Below, piece after piece: positions 30,972 to 41,942 of a stretch of 64,000 nt of DNA (positions within the stretch are counted from its first letter, which is position 1; every line of letters starts with the position of its first letter). The notes below the pieces were generated by a model. It made no database searches and was not told the DNA's origin. It saw only the letters and a list, made by a program, of their open reading frames with translations. The stretch is from Endomicrobiia bacterium. Its GTDB lineage: Bacteria > Elusimicrobiota > Endomicrobiia > DTEH01. The stretch covers positions 192,001 to 256,000 of the forward strand of contig JBCNUU010000001.1 in NCBI GenBank assembly GCA_039630545.1. The letters run 5' to 3'. The position numbers and the translations under genes are program-made.

Positions 30972-32072
30972 ATGAATTATAAACGAATTGTAATAAAAGT
31001 CGGCTCTCATTTAATTATAGAAGGTAGTAAATTTTTGTTTTCTTCTTTAGCTTCTCAAATTAAAAAAATAAAAGATAAAGGCATAGATGTAATAATAGTC
31101 TCCTCTGGAGCTATAGCTACAGGAGTTCTTCAATATAACTTACCTTCAAAACCAAAAAGTATTGTAGAAAAACAGGCATATGCTGCTATTGGACAACCCC
31201 TGTTAATGAATAAGTACATTTCAGCTTTCAAAAAATACAACATAAAAGTTGCGCAGATTCTTTTAACTAGAGAAGATTTTGAAGCAAGAGAGAGATATTT
31301 AAATGTAAGAAATACCCTAAATTATCTTTTAAGAGCTGGTGTAGTGCCTGTGATCAATGAAAACGACACCGTAGCGACAGAAGAAATAAAACTTGGAGAT
31401 AATGATAATTTATCTGCAATTGTGGCTAGTAAAATTGATGCTGATCTTTTAATTTTACTTACAGATGTAGATGGAATCTATGAAAAAAATCCCAAAATTT
31501 ACCCAAATAGTAAAGTGATTGAGGAAGTAAAAGATATTAACGATTTATTATCTAAATGTGAAATTTCTTCAAAAAGTAATTTTTTTTGCGGAACAGGCGG
31601 AATGAAAACCAAACTTGAAGCAGCGCATCTTTGTAGTCTGGCAGGTATAGATACAGTAGTAGCTAACGGATTAAAAGAAAATATAATTTTAGAAATTCTA
31701 GAAGGTAAAAAGGTTGGTACATATATTTACTCTAAAAACAAAAAGTTACTTTCTAAGAAGAAATGGATAGCGTTTGCGAAAAAATCAAAAGGAAAAATTT
31801 TAATAGACAGTGGCGCTGTAGTAGCTATAACTAAAAAACATAAAAGTTTGCTTCCTGTGGGAATAAAAAAAGTTGAAGGAGTATTTAGAAAAGGAGATGT
31901 AGTGTCTGTAGTTTCAGAAAATGGTGAAGAAGTAGCTCGTGGTATAACCAATTATAATTCTGAAGAAATTGAAAAGATGATGGGTAAAAAGACACAAGAA
32001 ATAAAAAAAATAATTTTTAATTTTGAAACAGAAGAAGTTATTCATGCAGATAATCTGGTCATTTTATCGTAG
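30972..32072 (+). CDS. proB: glutamate 5-kinase with PUA domain
   Basis: IVIKVGS, VSSGAI, PVINENDTV, GDNDNLSA, GTGGMKTK, C-terminal PUA domain. Confidence 0.96.
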   Translation: MNYKRIVIKVGSHLIIEGSKFLFSSLASQIKKIKDKGIDVIIVSSGAIATGVLQYNLPSKPKSIVEKQAYAAIGQPLLMNKYISAFKKYNIKVAQILLTREDFEARERYLNVRNTLNYLLRAGVVPVINENDTVATEEIKLGDNDNLSAIVASKIDADLLILLTDVDGIYEKNPKIYPNSKVIEEVKDINDLLSKCEISSKSNFFCGTGGMKTKLEAAHLCSLAGIDTVVANGLKENIILEILEGKKVGTYIYSKNKKLLSKKKWIAFAKKSKGKILIDSGAVVAITKKHKSLLPVGIKKVEGVFRKGDVVSVVSENGEEVARGITNYNSEEIEKMMGKKTQEIKKIIFNFETEEVIHADNLVILS

Positions 32073-32081
32073 AAGATTTTT

Positions 32082-33188
32082 ATGGAGATAGGAATAATAG
32101 GACTTCCTAATGTTGGCAAGTCTACGCTTTTTTCTTTACTTACTAAAATTTCTGTTCCAATTGATAAATTTCCTTTTACCACAGTAGAACCTAATATAGG
32201 GATTGTTGAAGTTCCTGACGAACGATTAGATTTTCTTGTTGAGGTTTTAAAACCTTTAAAAAAAACATACGCAACTGTAAAATTTGTGGATATTGCTGGA
32301 TTAATAAAAGGAGCTTCAAAGGGTGAAGGTTTGGGGAATAAATTTTTGTCACATATCAGATCTGTAGATGGAATCATACATGTTTTGAGATTTTTTGAAG
32401 ATCCTACAGTTTCTTCTCCTATAAATAAAATAGATCCCATAGAAGAAATAAAAATTATAAATTCTGAACTTTTTCTGTCAGATCTTCAGATTTTAGAATC
32501 GTATTCAGAAAAAATTATACCAAAGGCTAATACGGGAGATAAACTATACAAACAGAATTTAGAAATAATAAAAAAAATAATGGAAAAAATAAACTTTGCT
32601 AACACCTTAAAAGAAGTGAAAGATTTTATTTTAAATTTCAATACAAATCAAAATGAAGAGATATCTTATTTGGTTAACAATCTTTTATGTTACAAAGATG
32701 TAATTTATCTTTTAAATTATGATGAATCAATATCTCATAAAAAGCTTAAAGATATAAGAAGAGAAATAGAAGAGTTTACAAAAAATAAAGTTTTATTGAT
32801 AAATGCAAAATTTGAAGTAGGGATTTTAGATTTTTCTTTAGAAGAACAAAAAAAATTAAGACAAGAATATGATATTCCTGAAGATGAACTTAAGAATTTT
32901 ATAAAAGAATCTGTTACCGTTTTAAATTTGGTTACATTTTACACAGTAGTTGGTGAAGAATTTCGTAGCTGGTTTATAAAAAGGAATTCTACTATATTAG
33001 AAGCAGCTGGTAAAATCCATTCTGATATGAAAAAAGGTTTTATAAATGCAGAAGTTATAAAATTTAAAGATTTTCAAAAATATCCTGATTTGAAGATTCT
33101 TCATAACCACGGGTTAGTAAAAATTGTTGGCAAGGATTATATTGTAGAAGATGGAGATATTATAAAAATAAATTTTAAAAAAACTTGA
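32082..33188 (+). CDS. ychF: redox-regulated ATPase YchF (Obg family)
   Basis: GLPNVGKST, PFTTVEPN, DIAGLIKGASKGEGLGNKFL, AAGKIHSD, TGS domain. Confidence 0.92.
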   Translation: MEIGIIGLPNVGKSTLFSLLTKISVPIDKFPFTTVEPNIGIVEVPDERLDFLVEVLKPLKKTYATVKFVDIAGLIKGASKGEGLGNKFLSHIRSVDGIIHVLRFFEDPTVSSPINKIDPIEEIKIINSELFLSDLQILESYSEKIIPKANTGDKLYKQNLEIIKKIMEKINFANTLKEVKDFILNFNTNQNEEISYLVNNLLCYKDVIYLLNYDESISHKKLKDIRREIEEFTKNKVLLINAKFEVGILDFSLEEQKKLRQEYDIPEDELKNFIKESVTVLNLVTFYTVVGEEFRSWFIKRNSTILEAAGKIHSDMKKGFINAEVIKFKDFQKYPDLKILHNHGLVKIVGKDYIVEDGDIIKINFKKT

Positions 33189-33221
33189 ATTAGAAAAGAT
33201 AGTTTTATAATCAAAATATTT

Positions 33222-33314
33222 ATGAAAACAGATGCTTTTTTGTTTATGATAATTAGCTGGGGATTGGTGATAGTTCTTCTGGTAGTTTGTTTTTTAAAAA
33301 TCCTTAAAAAATAG
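33222..33314 (+). CDS. 30-aa single-pass membrane peptide (not in the ORF track)
   Basis: Translated by hand as MKTDAFLFMIISWGLVIVLLVVCFLKILKK. Fills the ychF-regulator gap, with TATAAT at 33206-33211. Confidence 0.6.
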   Translation: MKTDAFLFMIISWGLVIVLLVVCFLKILKK

Positions 33315-33332
33315 TTATTTAATTTTAATTAC

Positions 33333-33950
33333 ATGGATAAAGAAAAAAGACTACAGCTTGGATTATTAAAAATAGGAGAACTATCAGAACGTTCGGGGGT
33401 CCCTGTTTCTACTATAAAATACTATACTGATTTAGAACTTCTGCGAGTGCAGGAGTATATGGCTGGAGGTTTTAGATTATATAATGAGAAAGAGTCCATT
33501 TTAAGATTAAAACGTATCAAAGAGATGTTAGATCAGGGATATTCTATAAAAGAGATAAAGAAAAATATTGAAAAAATTACAGTACTTAAAGTTTTAGTAA
33601 TAGATGACGAACCTGAAGTTCATGAATTTGTGCAAGATGTGTTAAACGATTTACCAAATATAGAAGTGAAATCAGCGTATGATGGTTTTTCAGCAGGTAT
33701 TATTGTAAGTGAATATATGCCTGATTTGATAATTTTAGATTTACTTCTTCCAGGAATAGATGGTTTTAAGGTGTGTAGTAACATTAAGAATAATCAGAAA
33801 CTAAAACATATTAAGATTTTAGCAATTACAGGGTATGATTCTGCTGAATATAGGCAGAAGATATTTGCTGCTGGTGCTGATGATTACTTACCAAAACCTA
33901 TGGAGTTAAAAATTTTTAAAGAAAAAGTAAATAAGTTGCTTAATCTATAA
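33333..33950 (+). CDS. MerR-type HTH fused to a C-terminal response-regulator receiver domain
   Basis: KIGELSERSGVPVSTIKYY...GGFRLY, then VLVIDDE, PDLIILDLLLPGIDG, ITG, GADDYLPKP. Confidence 0.9.
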   Translation: MDKEKRLQLGLLKIGELSERSGVPVSTIKYYTDLELLRVQEYMAGGFRLYNEKESILRLKRIKEMLDQGYSIKEIKKNIEKITVLKVLVIDDEPEVHEFVQDVLNDLPNIEVKSAYDGFSAGIIVSEYMPDLIILDLLLPGIDGFKVCSNIKNNQKLKHIKILAITGYDSAEYRQKIFAAGADDYLPKPMELKIFKEKVNKLLNL

Positions 33951-33954
33951 AAAT

Positions 33955-35175
33955 ATGAAAGAATATAATGCTGTATTAATGCTAGAAACAGGAGTTTATT
34001 TCAAAGGTAGATTTTTTGGTTACGAAGGAGAAACTTCTGGAGAGGTTATATTTAATACTGGAATTGTAGGATATGAAGAAATACTTACAGATCCTTCTTA
34101 CAAAGGTCAAATAGTTGTAATGACCTACCCTCATATTGGAAATTATGGTATTAATTATTACGATTTTGAATCTTCAAGTCCTAAAGTTGAAGGATTTGTA
34201 GTAAATGAGTTTTCAAAAATATTCTCTAACTGGCAATCAAAAGATACAATAGAAAATCTTTTAAAGAAATACAAAATAGTAGGTATAGAAAAGGTAGATA
34301 CCCGGGCTTTAACAAGGTATATAAGGGAAAAAGGTTCAATGCGGGGAATAATATCTCATGTTAATCAAGATCTTAAAAAGTTATATAAAAAAGTTAAACA
34401 AATTCCTTCCATTGTAGGTAGAGACCTTGTAAAAGAAGTTTCTTGTAAGGAGGTTTATTTACCATTTAGTTTGGAATATCAAAAAAGAAATGAAATCTCT
34501 GTATATTCATTAAGTAAAAATTTATTTATAGATGTTAATGCTACACCTGCTAAATATAAAGTTATAGTAATAGACTGCGGATGTAAATTTAATATTATGC
34601 GATTATTAAGAAAATATGGATGTGAACTTATAGTTGTTCCTGCCGATACATCATTTGAAAAGATTATAAATTATTCCCCAGATGGAATATTATTATCAAA
34701 TGGTCCCGGTGATCCTGAAGGTATTCCTTATGTTTTTAAAACAGTAGAAAAAATTATAAATTACAGTATTAATAACAATATCTATTTACCTATTTTCGGA
34801 ATATGTTTGGGACACCAGGTGATAGCATTATCTTTAGGTGGTGAGACATATAAATTAAAGTTTGGCCATCATGGGATAAATCATCCAGTTAAAAATTTAA
34901 CAACACAGACTATAGAAATTACTTCACAAAATCACAATTTTGCAGTAAAGATGGAAGAAGTTAATGGTAAATTATATGTGAAAGGCAACAAAAATTTAGA
35001 AGTTACTCATATAAACTTGAATGATTTTTCATGTGAAGGGTTAAGATACAAAAATCTTCCAATTTTTGCAGTTCAATACCATCCTGAGGCAGCACCGGGC
35101 CCCAATGATGCTAAATATTTGTTTGAAGAGTTTATAAAGATGATAGAGAAAAAATTTACCTTAATCAGGACATAA
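33955..35175 (+). CDS. carA: carbamoyl-phosphate synthase small subunit
   Basis: [36 protein letters not shown]. Confidence 0.98.
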   Translation: MKEYNAVLMLETGVYFKGRFFGYEGETSGEVIFNTGIVGYEEILTDPSYKGQIVVMTYPHIGNYGINYYDFESSSPKVEGFVVNEFSKIFSNWQSKDTIENLLKKYKIVGIEKVDTRALTRYIREKGSMRGIISHVNQDLKKLYKKVKQIPSIVGRDLVKEVSCKEVYLPFSLEYQKRNEISVYSLSKNLFIDVNATPAKYKVIVIDCGCKFNIMRLLRKYGCELIVVPADTSFEKIINYSPDGILLSNGPGDPEGIPYVFKTVEKIINYSINNNIYLPIFGICLGHQVIALSLGGETYKLKFGHHGINHPVKNLTTQTIEITSQNHNFAVKMEEVNGKLYVKGNKNLEVTHINLNDFSCEGLRYKNLPIFAVQYHPEAAPGPNDAKYLFEEFIKMIEKKFTLIRT

Positions 35176-35177
35176 CT

Positions 35178-38100
35178 ATGCCTAAAAGAAAAGACATTAA
35201 AAAAATTCTAATAATTGGTTCAGGTCCTATTGTGATAGGACAAGCATGCGAATTTGACTACTCTGGCACACAGGCTATTAAAGTTTTAAAGAAAGAAGGC
35301 TACAAAATTATACTTGTGAATTCAAATCCTGCTACTATCATGACCGATCCAGAATTTGCAGATGCTACATATATTGAACCTCTAATTCCTGAAGCTTTAG
35401 AAAAGATTATAGAAAAAGAACGTCCTGATGCTATATTGCCTACTCTGGGAGGGCAAACTGGTCTTAATCTAGCTGTTAAACTATATGAGAGAGGTGTTTT
35501 AGATAAATATAATGTAGAATTGATTGGTGCAAAAGTTGAAGCCATTAAAAGAGGGGAAGATAGAAAACTGTTTAAGGAAACAATGCTAAAAATAGGATTA
35601 GACCTTCCTAAAAGTGGTTTTGCATATAACCTATCAGAAGCAGAAAAAATAGCTAAAGAAATAGGTTTTCCTTTGATTATTCGTCCATCATTTACTTTAG
35701 GTGGTACTGGTTCAAGGATTGTTTTTAATGAAGATGAGTTTGTAGATGCAGCAAGAAATGCACTTCAGTCTTCAATGATTTCAGAAATTTTAATAGAAGA
35801 ATATTTAAATGGTTGGAAGGAATATGAATTTGAAGTAATGAGGGATTGTAAAGATAACTGTGTAGTGGTTTGTAGTATAGAGAACTTTGATCCTATGGGT
35901 GTGCATACGGGAGATTCTATAACTGTAGCACCTGCACAAACCTTGACTGATAAAGAATATCAAAGGATGAGAGATATGGCTTTTAAATGTATAAGAGCAG
36001 TAGGAGTTGAAACTGGTGGTTCAAATATACAATTTGCTGTTAATCCTGAAAATGGAAGAATTGTTATAATAGAGATGAATCCAAGAGTCTCTCGTTCCTC
36101 TGCTTTGGCATCAAAAGCAACTGGGTTCCCAATTGCTAAAATTGCAGCGCTTTTGGCAGTTGGGTATACATTAGATGAAATACCAAACGATATTACTAAA
36201 AAAACACCGGCTTGTTTTGAACCAACTGTAGATTATGTGGTGGTTAAAATTCCTAAGTTTGCTTTTGAAAAATTTAGACCGGTTACGGATGACAAGGGTT
36301 TCTCGGATAATTTTTATCAGATTTTAGGTTCTCAAATGAAGTCTATAGGTGAAGTGATGGGTATAGGAAAAACATTTAAGGAGGCTTTACAAAAAGCTAT
36401 CAGAGGTTTAGAGATAAACAGGTATGGTTTAGGAGGCGATGTTTTAAATGAGGAGAAGATGATAGAAAAAATCAATTCATTACCTGATGATTCAGCTGAA
36501 AAACAAAAATTTTTAGAAAAACTAAGATATAACTTAATTAATCCAAATTGTGATAGGCTTTTTAATATAAGAGTTGCTTTAAAACTTAAAATAGATATAG
36601 ATGAAATTTATAATTTATCTAAAATTGATAAGTGGTTCATTAATCAAATCAAAGAAATAGTTGAGTTTGAGGAGAAAATTAAAAAATTTAGCTTAGAAAA
36701 AAGAAATAAAGAAGAATTTGTATCTTTAATAAAAGAGGCTAAAAAATATGGTTTTTCAGACAGACAACTTTCTAATTTGTTAAAAAAAGAAGAAAAAGAA
36801 ATCCTTAATTTAAGAGTAGAAGAAAATATTTTACCAAATTATAAAGTGGTAGACACATGCGCAGCAGAGTTTGAAGCCTATACTCCTTATTTTTACTCAA
36901 CTTATGAAGGAATAGATAATGTAAGTGTTTTGGATGGAAAAAAAACTACTCAGGAGTTATATTTGATAAATGAATCTTTTACTTTTTCAAAAAAAGCAAA
37001 AGGTAAAATTATAGTTTTAGGTTCAGGACCTAACAGAATAGGACAGGGGATAGAGTTTGATTATTGTTGTGTTCATGCTGTTATGGCAATAAAAGAAGAA
37101 AATCTAGAAGCTATAATGGTAAATTGTAATCCTGAAACAGTATCAACTGACTATGATATTTCCGATAAACTTTATTTTGAACCCGTAACATTTGAAGATG
37201 TATTTAATATATATAAAACAGAAGAATTAATTTCAAAAAAAACCAAGATTCCTCTTTTAGGAGTAATACTTCAATTTGGCGGACAAACACCACTAAATAT
37301 TTCGCTTAAATTAAAATCACAAAATGTAAAAATTTTAGGAACACAGCCTGAAAATATAGCTTTAGCAGAAGACAGAGAACTGTTTGCAAAGGTTTTGACC
37401 AAACTTAAGCTTCCTTATCCTGCGCATGGTTTTGCTAAAAATTATAAAGATGCTTTAAAAGTTGCGAAAAGAATGGGTTTCCCGGTAATTGTAAGACCAT
37501 CCTACGTTTTAGGTGGGAGAGCAATGGAGATTATTTATGATGAATTTTCACTTAAAGATTACCTGTTTAAGTTATTTGAAGAAACTTCAATCCATCCAGA
37601 TGTTTCTAAAGTTGTTATTATAGATAGGTTTTTAGAAGAAGCCATAGAATTAGATGTGGATGCCATTTGTGATGGAGATGATGTTTTTATAGCAGGAATT
37701 ATGGAACATATAGAAGCAGCAGGTGTACATTCTGGAGATAGTGCGTGTGTAATGCCTCCTGTTTCTTTAACTAAAGAACAAATAGATACAATTTTCAAGT
37801 ATATAACTTTGCTGGCAAAAGAGCTTAAAGTAAAAGGTTTGATGAATCTTCAGTTAGCAGTGAAAGATGGTACAATTTATATATTAGAAGTAAATCCCCG
37901 AGCTTCAAGAACAGTACCATATGTATCCAAAACTATAGGTTTACCAGTAGCTAAAGTAGCAACGAAGGTGATGTTGGGATATAAACTTAAAGATTTGTTA
38001 AAAAAATATAATTTTTCTCAGGAAAAAGTTTTTAATCTAAAATATTATACAGTAAAAGAAGTGGTATTGCCTTTTCAGAAATTTTCTAATGTAGACATAG

Positions 38101-38633
38101 TATTATCCCCGGAGATGCGTTCTACAGGTGAAGTTATGGGTATAGATAAAAATTTCCCTTTAGCGTATGGTAAATCACAATTTTCTGCCGGAAGTGAAAT
38201 ACCTATAGGTGGCAAAGTGTTGTTAAGTGTCAATAACAAAGATAAGCCTAAAATTCTAAATATTGCTAGAGAGTTAAAAAATTTGAATTTTAAACTTGTA
38301 GCAACTTCTGGAACAGCCGATTTTCTTTTAAAAAATGGTATAGATTGTGAAAAAGTAAATAAACTTTCTGAGGGTCGTCCAAACATAGTAGATATTATTT
38401 CTAACAAAGAAGTAGTTTTAGTAATAAATACACCTACAGGTAAAGGTAGATCTTTTTCAGATGGATTTTATATTAGAAGGACATCTACTGTTAACAATAT
38501 TCCTGTTGTTACTACAATTGAGGCTGCTCGCTGTATTGTAAACTCAATTAAGGAATTAAAGAAAAGTTATGATATTTTTTCAAATAAAATAAATTTTGAA
38601 GTTTCTTCTCTTCAGAATTGGTACAAATCATAA
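35178..38633 (+). CDS. carB: carbamoyl-phosphate synthase large subunit
   Basis: [30 protein letters not shown], two ATP-grasp halves, C-terminal MGS domain. Confidence 0.99.
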   Translation: MPKRKDIKKILIIGSGPIVIGQACEFDYSGTQAIKVLKKEGYKIILVNSNPATIMTDPEFADATYIEPLIPEALEKIIEKERPDAILPTLGGQTGLNLAVKLYERGVLDKYNVELIGAKVEAIKRGEDRKLFKETMLKIGLDLPKSGFAYNLSEAEKIAKEIGFPLIIRPSFTLGGTGSRIVFNEDEFVDAARNALQSSMISEILIEEYLNGWKEYEFEVMRDCKDNCVVVCSIENFDPMGVHTGDSITVAPAQTLTDKEYQRMRDMAFKCIRAVGVETGGSNIQFAVNPENGRIVIIEMNPRVSRSSALASKATGFPIAKIAALLAVGYTLDEIPNDITKKTPACFEPTVDYVVVKIPKFAFEKFRPVTDDKGFSDNFYQILGSQMKSIGEVMGIGKTFKEALQKAIRGLEINRYGLGGDVLNEEKMIEKINSLPDDSAEKQKFLEKLRYNLINPNCDRLFNIRVALKLKIDIDEIYNLSKIDKWFINQIKEIVEFEEKIKKFSLEKRNKEEFVSLIKEAKKYGFSDRQLSNLLKKEEKEILNLRVEENILPNYKVVDTCAAEFEAYTPYFYSTYEGIDNVSVLDGKKTTQELYLINESFTFSKKAKGKIIVLGSGPNRIGQGIEFDYCCVHAVMAIKEENLEAIMVNCNPETVSTDYDISDKLYFEPVTFEDVFNIYKTEELISKKTKIPLLGVILQFGGQTPLNISLKLKSQNVKILGTQPENIALAEDRELFAKVLTKLKLPYPAHGFAKNYKDALKVAKRMGFPVIVRPSYVLGGRAMEIIYDEFSLKDYLFKLFEETSIHPDVSKVVIIDRFLEEAIELDVDAICDGDDVFIAGIMEHIEAAGVHSGDSACVMPPVSLTKEQIDTIFKYITLLAKELKVKGLMNLQLAVKDGTIYILEVNPRASRTVPYVSKTIGLPVAKVATKVMLGYKLKDLLKKYNFSQEKVFNLKYYTVKEVVLPFQKFSNVDIVLSPEMRSTGEVMGIDKNFPLAYGKSQFSAGSEIPIGGKVLLSVNNKDKPKILNIARELKNLNFKLVATSGTADFLLKNGIDCEKVNKLSEGRPNIVDIISNKEVVLVINTPTGKGRSFSDGFYIRRTSTVNNIPVVTTIEAARCIVNSIKELKKSYDIFSNKINFEVSSLQNWYKS

Positions 38634-38636
38634 GAA

Positions 38637-39245
38637 ATGTTTATTAAGTTTTTTAATAAAAATAAAGATTTTTTAGGAATGCTTATTAAACAAGCAGAGA
38701 AGGTTTTAGAAGCTACAAATGCTTTATTAGAGTTTTTATCAAATATTTCTGAGAGTAATAAAAAGAAAATTTTGGATATAGAAAAAGAAGCAGATGGTTT
38801 AAGAAAAATTTTAGTAGAAGAATTAAACAAAGCTTTTATTACACCTTTTGATAAAGAAGATATATATGCAATTTCAAGAGCAATAGATGATGTAGTGGAT
38901 TATTTAAAAACTACAGTTGAAGAGATGTTAATTTTGAAAGTTGAACCCGACCAGTATATAAAGAAAATGCTAGAGGCATTAAACAAAGGAGGTTCTAATA
39001 TTGTTGAGGCGTTAAAATTAATAAAAAAATCTCCTGAGTTATGTAGAGAGAAAATAATATTGGCTAAAAAAACAGAAAATTTTGTAGAAGATATTTATAG
39101 GGAAGGTATATCAAATTTGTTTGAGATGGATGATATAAAGAAAATTTTAAAGACCAGAGAAGTCTATAGACATCTTTCTAATGCTGCTGACAGGTTGGAT
39201 GAGGCTGCGAATATTATAGGTGATATTGTAGTAAAAATTAGTTAA
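38637..39245 (+). CDS. DUF47 / PhoU-like phosphate transport regulator
   Basis: IEKEAD, FITPFDKEDI, IDDVVD, ends IVVKIS. Confidence 0.88.
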   Translation: MFIKFFNKNKDFLGMLIKQAEKVLEATNALLEFLSNISESNKKKILDIEKEADGLRKILVEELNKAFITPFDKEDIYAISRAIDDVVDYLKTTVEEMLILKVEPDQYIKKMLEALNKGGSNIVEALKLIKKSPELCREKIILAKKTENFVEDIYREGISNLFEMDDIKKILKTREVYRHLSNAADRLDEAANIIGDIVVKIS

Positions 39246-39252
39246 AACTGAT

Positions 39253-39963
39253 ATGATAAAGTCTATTATATTTGATTTAGATAATACTCTTATGGATTTC
39301 ATGAAAATGAAACGAATGGCAGTAGAAGCTGCGGCTGATGCGATGATAGATGCTGGACTTAACATGAAGAAGGAAAAGTTAATAGAAAAAATTTATAGTA
39401 TTTACTGGAAAGAAGGTATTGAAGACCAACAAATTTTCGATAAAGTTTTGTTGCAGGAGTTTGGTTATATTGATTATAAAATTTTAGCCGCAGGAATACT
39501 AGGATATCGTAGAGCAAAAGAAGCAAATTTGTGTACATACCCACATGTTCATCTTACTTTGATGGAACTAATGAAACGTGGCATAAAAATGTGTGTTGTT
39601 TCAGATGCCCCCAAACTTCCTGTATGGATGAGAATAGTTTCTTTAAATTTACAGCATTATTTTGAGTTTGTTTTAACTTTTGATGATACTAAAGAAAAAA
39701 AACCTTCACCGAAACCATTTTTGATGGCTTTAGAGCGTTTAGGTACACTTCCTCAAGAGACACTGATGGTAGGCGATTGGGCAGAAAGAGATATTGCTGG
39801 GGCTAAGCAACTAAATATAGTAACAGTTTTCGCTAGATATGGGGATGAGTTTAACACTCAAAATTCTGGTGCAGATTATGAAATTGATGACATAATTCAG
39901 CTGTTAGATATTATTGATTCTTTCAAGGATAGAAACCAACTCTCATTATTTGGTAATAAATAG
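39253..39963 (+). CDS. HAD-superfamily hydrolase, subfamily IA
   Basis: FDLDNTL, VSD, KKPSPKPF, MVGDWAERDIAGA. Confidence 0.92.
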   Translation: MIKSIIFDLDNTLMDFMKMKRMAVEAAADAMIDAGLNMKKEKLIEKIYSIYWKEGIEDQQIFDKVLLQEFGYIDYKILAAGILGYRRAKEANLCTYPHVHLTLMELMKRGIKMCVVSDAPKLPVWMRIVSLNLQHYFEFVLTFDDTKEKKPSPKPFLMALERLGTLPQETLMVGDWAERDIAGAKQLNIVTVFARYGDEFNTQNSGADYEIDDIIQLLDIIDSFKDRNQLSLFGNK

Positions 39964-39970
39964 TTATTTA

Positions 39971-40822
39971 ATGCTACATTATTTTTATAAAATAACTATT
40001 CTTTTATTATGTAATTTCTCTCTTCTTTTTTCTTCAGTTGTTAAAATCTATTTTTTAGATGTAAAAGAGGGAGACGCTACATTTATTATTACTTCTACAA
40101 GTAAAACAATTCTTATAGACACAGGACATGATAAATTTGATAGTGGGAAATATATCTATGAATTTGTAAAAAGTAAAAATTTTGACAAAATAGATTTTAT
40201 GATAATTTCACATCCTCATAGAGACCATATTGGAGGGGCTAAGTATTTGCTTTTAAATATGAAAATTGAAAATTTTTATGAATCTGGAATTGTAAGCAAA
40301 TCAGATGTCTACAGAGAAATATTGAACATTGTTACAGAGAAAAAAATAAACTATAAGATAATAAGAGAAAAAGATCGTATAAAATTAGATAATGAGTTAG
40401 AGGCATATATTTTTCATCCACCGCGAGAAGCATTTTCATATACTTCAATAAACAACAATAGTCTCGTTTTCAAAATTGTCTATAAAAAATTTTCAGTGTT
40501 GTTCACTGGAGATATCGAAAAAAAAGCAGAGAGAGAAATTATAAAAAGATACATATATAAACATGAAACTTTAAAGTCAGATATTTTGAAAGTTCCTCAC
40601 CATGGTTCTAATAGTTCTTCTACAGATGCATTTATTAGGTTAGTTAATCCAAAATTTGCAATAATTTTTTGTGGTATAAATAACAGATATGGCCATCCTC
40701 ATAAAGAAGTGATTGAAAGATATAAAAGATATAATGTAAGTATCTTAAGAGTTGACATGGATGGTATCATAGAGATTATTACTGATGGCAAACAATACAA
40801 AGTAAAAACTTATAAACAATGA
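39971..40822 (+). CDS. ComEC/Rec2-type metallo-beta-lactamase domain protein (stand-alone, probable signal peptide)
   Basis: FLDVKEGDA, LIDTG, SHPHRDHIGG, NNNSLV, FTGDIE, KVPHHGS, YGHPH. Confidence 0.88.
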   Translation: MLHYFYKITILLLCNFSLLFSSVVKIYFLDVKEGDATFIITSTSKTILIDTGHDKFDSGKYIYEFVKSKNFDKIDFMIISHPHRDHIGGAKYLLLNMKIENFYESGIVSKSDVYREILNIVTEKKINYKIIREKDRIKLDNELEAYIFHPPREAFSYTSINNNSLVFKIVYKKFSVLFTGDIEKKAEREIIKRYIYKHETLKSDILKVPHHGSNSSSTDAFIRLVNPKFAIIFCGINNRYGHPHKEVIERYKRYNVSILRVDMDGIIEIITDGKQYKVKTYKQ

Positions 40823-41907
40823 AAAAGAAAGTAGCGGTTTTAATGTCTGGCGGAGTTGATTCTTCTGTAGCAGCATATCTTTTAAGTAGAGATTTTGAGG
40901 TTATAGGTGTAACCTTAAAACTTTTGAAATGTGAGATGTTCAAAGATACTGCTAAACAGTTATGTTGTTCACCTAAAGATATCTATGATGCAAAAAGTGT
41001 TGCATCGCAGTTAGGTATAAGACATTACGTACTTAATTTGACCTACGAGTTCAAAAAACTTATTATTGAAAAATTTTGTAAAGATTACATGAATGGCTTT
41101 ACGCCAAATCCTTGTATGTGGTGTAATGAAATGATCAAATTTGGAATAACTTTTAAAAGATTAAAATCCGAGTTATCTATAGATTACTTATCGTCGGGAC
41201 ATTACGCTAAAATAATAAAAGAAAGAAATAAGTTTTACATATCAAAAGCAAAAGATGATTCTAAAGACCAGTCCTATTTTTTAAGTAGAATCAATCCTGA
41301 TGTATTGCCATATTTAATACTTCCTTTAGGGGAACTCACAAAGTTACAAGTAAGGCAGATAGCAAAAGATTTAGGATTAAAAGTTTATGAAAAGAAAGAA
41401 AGTTTCGATTTGTGTTTTATAATAGATGGTGATTATAGAAGTTTTATAAAATCAAATCAACAATTTTCTCAAAAAGGCAAAGTTATTGAGTATGCTACAA
41501 AGAGATTTTTAGGATATCATGATGGACATTTCAATTATACAATTGGACAAAGAAAAGGTCTTAAGTTGAAAAATTCAAATTCAAAATACTATGTGGTTGA
41601 AATTGATCCAACAAACAATATTTTATATGTAGGCACAGAGGATATGTTATATAAAGATAATCTTATAGCTACAAATTGTATATTCTATGAGGAGTTTGAC
41701 AAATTAGTAAAAAGCAAAAACTTGTACGCAAAAATAAGATATAAATCAGACCTGGCTGAATGTTCAGTAGAAAAAATTGATAACGATAAAGTAAAAATAA
41801 TTTTTAAAAATCCTCAAAGGGCAATAACAAAAGGTCAGTATGTTGTGGTATATGACACGAAAGGAAAAGTTTTATTTAGCGGGGAAATAACAGATTATTC
41901 AAAATAG
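40819..41907 (+). CDS. mnmA: tRNA 2-thiouridine(34) synthase
   Basis: MSGGVDSS, TPNPCMWCN, SGHY, KDQSYFL, YTIGQRKG, KIRY, QRAITKGQ. Confidence 0.96.
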   Translation: MKKKVAVLMSGGVDSSVAAYLLSRDFEVIGVTLKLLKCEMFKDTAKQLCCSPKDIYDAKSVASQLGIRHYVLNLTYEFKKLIIEKFCKDYMNGFTPNPCMWCNEMIKFGITFKRLKSELSIDYLSSGHYAKIIKERNKFYISKAKDDSKDQSYFLSRINPDVLPYLILPLGELTKLQVRQIAKDLGLKVYEKKESFDLCFIIDGDYRSFIKSNQQFSQKGKVIEYATKRFLGYHDGHFNYTIGQRKGLKLKNSNSKYYVVEIDPTNNILYVGTEDMLYKDNLIATNCIFYEEFDKLVKSKNLYAKIRYKSDLAECSVEKIDNDKVKIIFKNPQRAITKGQYVVVYDTKGKVLFSGEITDYSK

Positions 41908-41936
41908 TTGAATTATTAAAATGTATTTTATATAAA
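41908..41936 (+). promoter_or_regulatory. putative sigma70 promoter giving a leaderless transcript
   Basis: TTGAAT (41908-41913), 17-nt spacer, TATAAA (41931-41936). ATG at 41943 is 7 nt downstream. Confidence 0.4.
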
Positions 41937-41942
41937 AAATTT

